From NCBI GenBank assembly GCA_036172245.1, contig JAYWIR010000021.1:372001-436000 (forward strand): a stretch of DNA of 64,000 nt, given 5' to 3'. Numbering within the stretch: position 1 is the first letter of the stretch; every line of letters starts with the position of its first letter. Origin of the DNA: Raillietiella orientalis. Taxonomy: Eukaryota. The translations under genes were made by a program, and so were the position numbers. The notes below the pieces were generated by a model. That model was not told the origin of the DNA, did no database searches, and saw nothing but the letters and a program-made list of their open reading frames with translations. Shown piece by piece: positions 62,050 through 64,000 of this stretch.

Positions 62050-63030
62050 CAAGGGTTGAGAGCTGGTCGACCTTTGCCTCGGCGATGGCGCCCTCACACG
62101 TATTGTTCCTTTCCTTAGAAACACTATACGGAGGACTCTCAGGCAGAACATGCCGCCGTGTGGCACTGGAAATGACTTCCCTCCCCTGTAGGCCTTTCGC
62201 TTTCCGAATGGTTGAAGGCAAGAATCTCTCTGCACCCGTGATGGTTTCACGAAGCACGTCTGCGCGTCGCTCGTGGTTCTTGAAAACACTCTCCTGAAGC
62301 GGAGATGAAGATGCTGGGCAAGGGACCACGGGATACTCGTCATCCTCATTCTGAGCTCCAGTCCGTAAAAGGCAACTGGTAGAGGTGGGCCGAGGAAGGC
62401 ATCTCGGATTTTTGCACACGGATCGAAGAACGGCTGGTTCCGTGAGGGACCTCAGGAAAGCGCAACCAGCTGAATGCCCAAGGCCAAACAAGAGAGTTTG
62501 CACTGGATCGCAGGGGGTTGAGCCGCTGGATCGCCAGGGAAACCCACAATGCAGAATCTGTCCCTGCCTTTGAGAAAGCTGTTGGCACAAATGGTGAGGC
62601 TGGAAGACAACATCCGCACCCGCCCGCGTGGGCCAGATGTCGCCCGCGGGCTGAGGTCTCCGTGCCACGTGGCACCTGGCGTCGCAGATTCGAATCCCGC
62701 CGCCGGGGCGAGGATCGAACACACCAGAGTAATGGGGGTGCGTCGTGGGTTTCGAGTTCCCCCTCCTCCCGCAGGATGATGGTGGTTGGTCTCTGTTCGC
62801 TCCAAGCACTGCGGCACTGGTGGAAGCAGCCGAAAGACTCTGCTGGCTGGTCGGATCCTCCGGGATCCTTCCGGGAATCAAGGAACCCTTTGGGGTTCCC
62901 TAACTCTCAGTTGTGAAAGTGGGACCGTATTCCTCCACCGAACGGCGTGGGGCGGTGTCAAAGAACTGCATGAGCCACTGGGAGAACGATCCTTCCACTC
63001 CTGACGAACCAAAGAAAGGAGAAGCCCAGC
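62050..63030 (-). mobile_element. Family 5' module plus start of APE relic, cut off at the 3' end of the host LINE
   Basis: ggctgcttccaccagtgccgc...catcatcctgcggg...aactcgaaaccc on the minus strand, then ADVLRET and GGMFC relics. Confidence 0.7.
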
Positions 63031-64000
63031 TGATGGAAGCAGCAGTTCGTATCGCAGGGAGTTTCTAAGTCTCCCGAGGGGAGTCGGATGGAGGTCCGGA
63101 GGGAGCATCCACCTATCCGAAATTTCTACACCCCGAGGCAGTGAAAGGGAAGGCGAGGAGGACATTCCGGGCTGGAGTGATTTCTTCGGTTTCCGGTCCC
63201 GATCCTCCGCAAGAGGGAAGCAAGGAGAAGCAAAGTATTGAAAGAAGGAAATCAGCGGTGGCGCAGCGAACGTCAGTCAGCGTCTGGTGCTTTGGATGGG
63301 ACACACTGCACCACCAGAAGGAACCGTCGAAAGATCGGAGTTGCAGGGATTCCTGTGACTTGCCATCCCCCTTTCGGTTCGGAACACTCCTCTCTCCTCC
63401 GAATTCTTGTTCGCTCACCCACCCACCCGTGACAGCTGCTTGCAAGTGTTGCTGCCGTTCTACTGCAAAAGGGATAACACGACGGGAAGAGGAAGAACCT
63501 TCATCCTGAGAGAAATGAGAGGAAGGGGGGAGGGGATGGCAAAATGAAAATCAAAACGTGAAAACCCCTAACTGCTGCCCGAGGCCGTCTTTTGAACTTT
63601 GGACGTGCCCGCCGTGCAGCGGGAAAAGGAAATTTCCTCTCCGAGTTTCCGCCTTGATTTTAAGCACAAGTGCGATGCAGCCGACATTCCTTCCATGTGG
63701 CGGAAGACGCGGATGGAAGGCCAACGGGAACCAAATAGTTCGCTTCCTTCGATAAACTGCTTACGTGCCTCCCCGTGTCCAGGAAAGAAGTGATCCTTGG
63801 TTTCCCCTTCTTGCTCCAATGGAGCACTGGAAGTTCGCGAATCTAAGTGTAAAAGCTCTTAAGCAGCCCTGAAGATCACATGAGAAGCCACGCACCTGCG
63901 TCGAAACGCTCTAAATGGAAACCAATCTGTGGAAATCTCTGAATTATAAGTAGCGGATACTCGCAGGTCAGCTTCGATCTCCGTGAGACCCCAGAGAGAA

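Noticed and set aside
1..64000. CRISPR array, rRNA, tRNA or prokaryotic operon/defence system
   Set aside because: No regularly spaced repeats, no full cloverleaf and no dense gene packing; spliceosomal-type introns and LINEs indicate eukaryotic DNA.

Overview
Eukaryotic, moderately GC-rich DNA that is mostly a graveyard of non-LTR retrotransposons. One L1/Tx1-like family dominates (APE endonuclease - RT - C-terminal CxxC..HxxxxC zinc motif). It occurs as about ten fragments on both strands, with a shared ~0.7-kb 5' module and a shared 3' end carrying a small stem-loop and only a few terminal As. The best-preserved copy (59416-61623, YADD intact) is nested in a relative with an 8-bp TSD, and an uninterrupted sister of the host lies inverted at 24.3-25.4 kb. 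Older, heavily decayed LINE, possible mariner/Harbinger and possible tyrosine-kinase remnants fill the gaps. Two spliced host coding segments with SAXO/MAP6-type Mn motifs and short GT-AG introns lie at 37.2-38.3 kb and 49.1-49.9 kb. The most unusual signal is a set of perfect inverted repeats (9-68 bp arms); where a sister repeat copy exists it lacks the perfect hairpin, suggesting frequent template-switch mutagenesis. All alignments were made by eye, boundaries of decayed elements are approximate, and no RNA genes or CRISPR arrays were seen.
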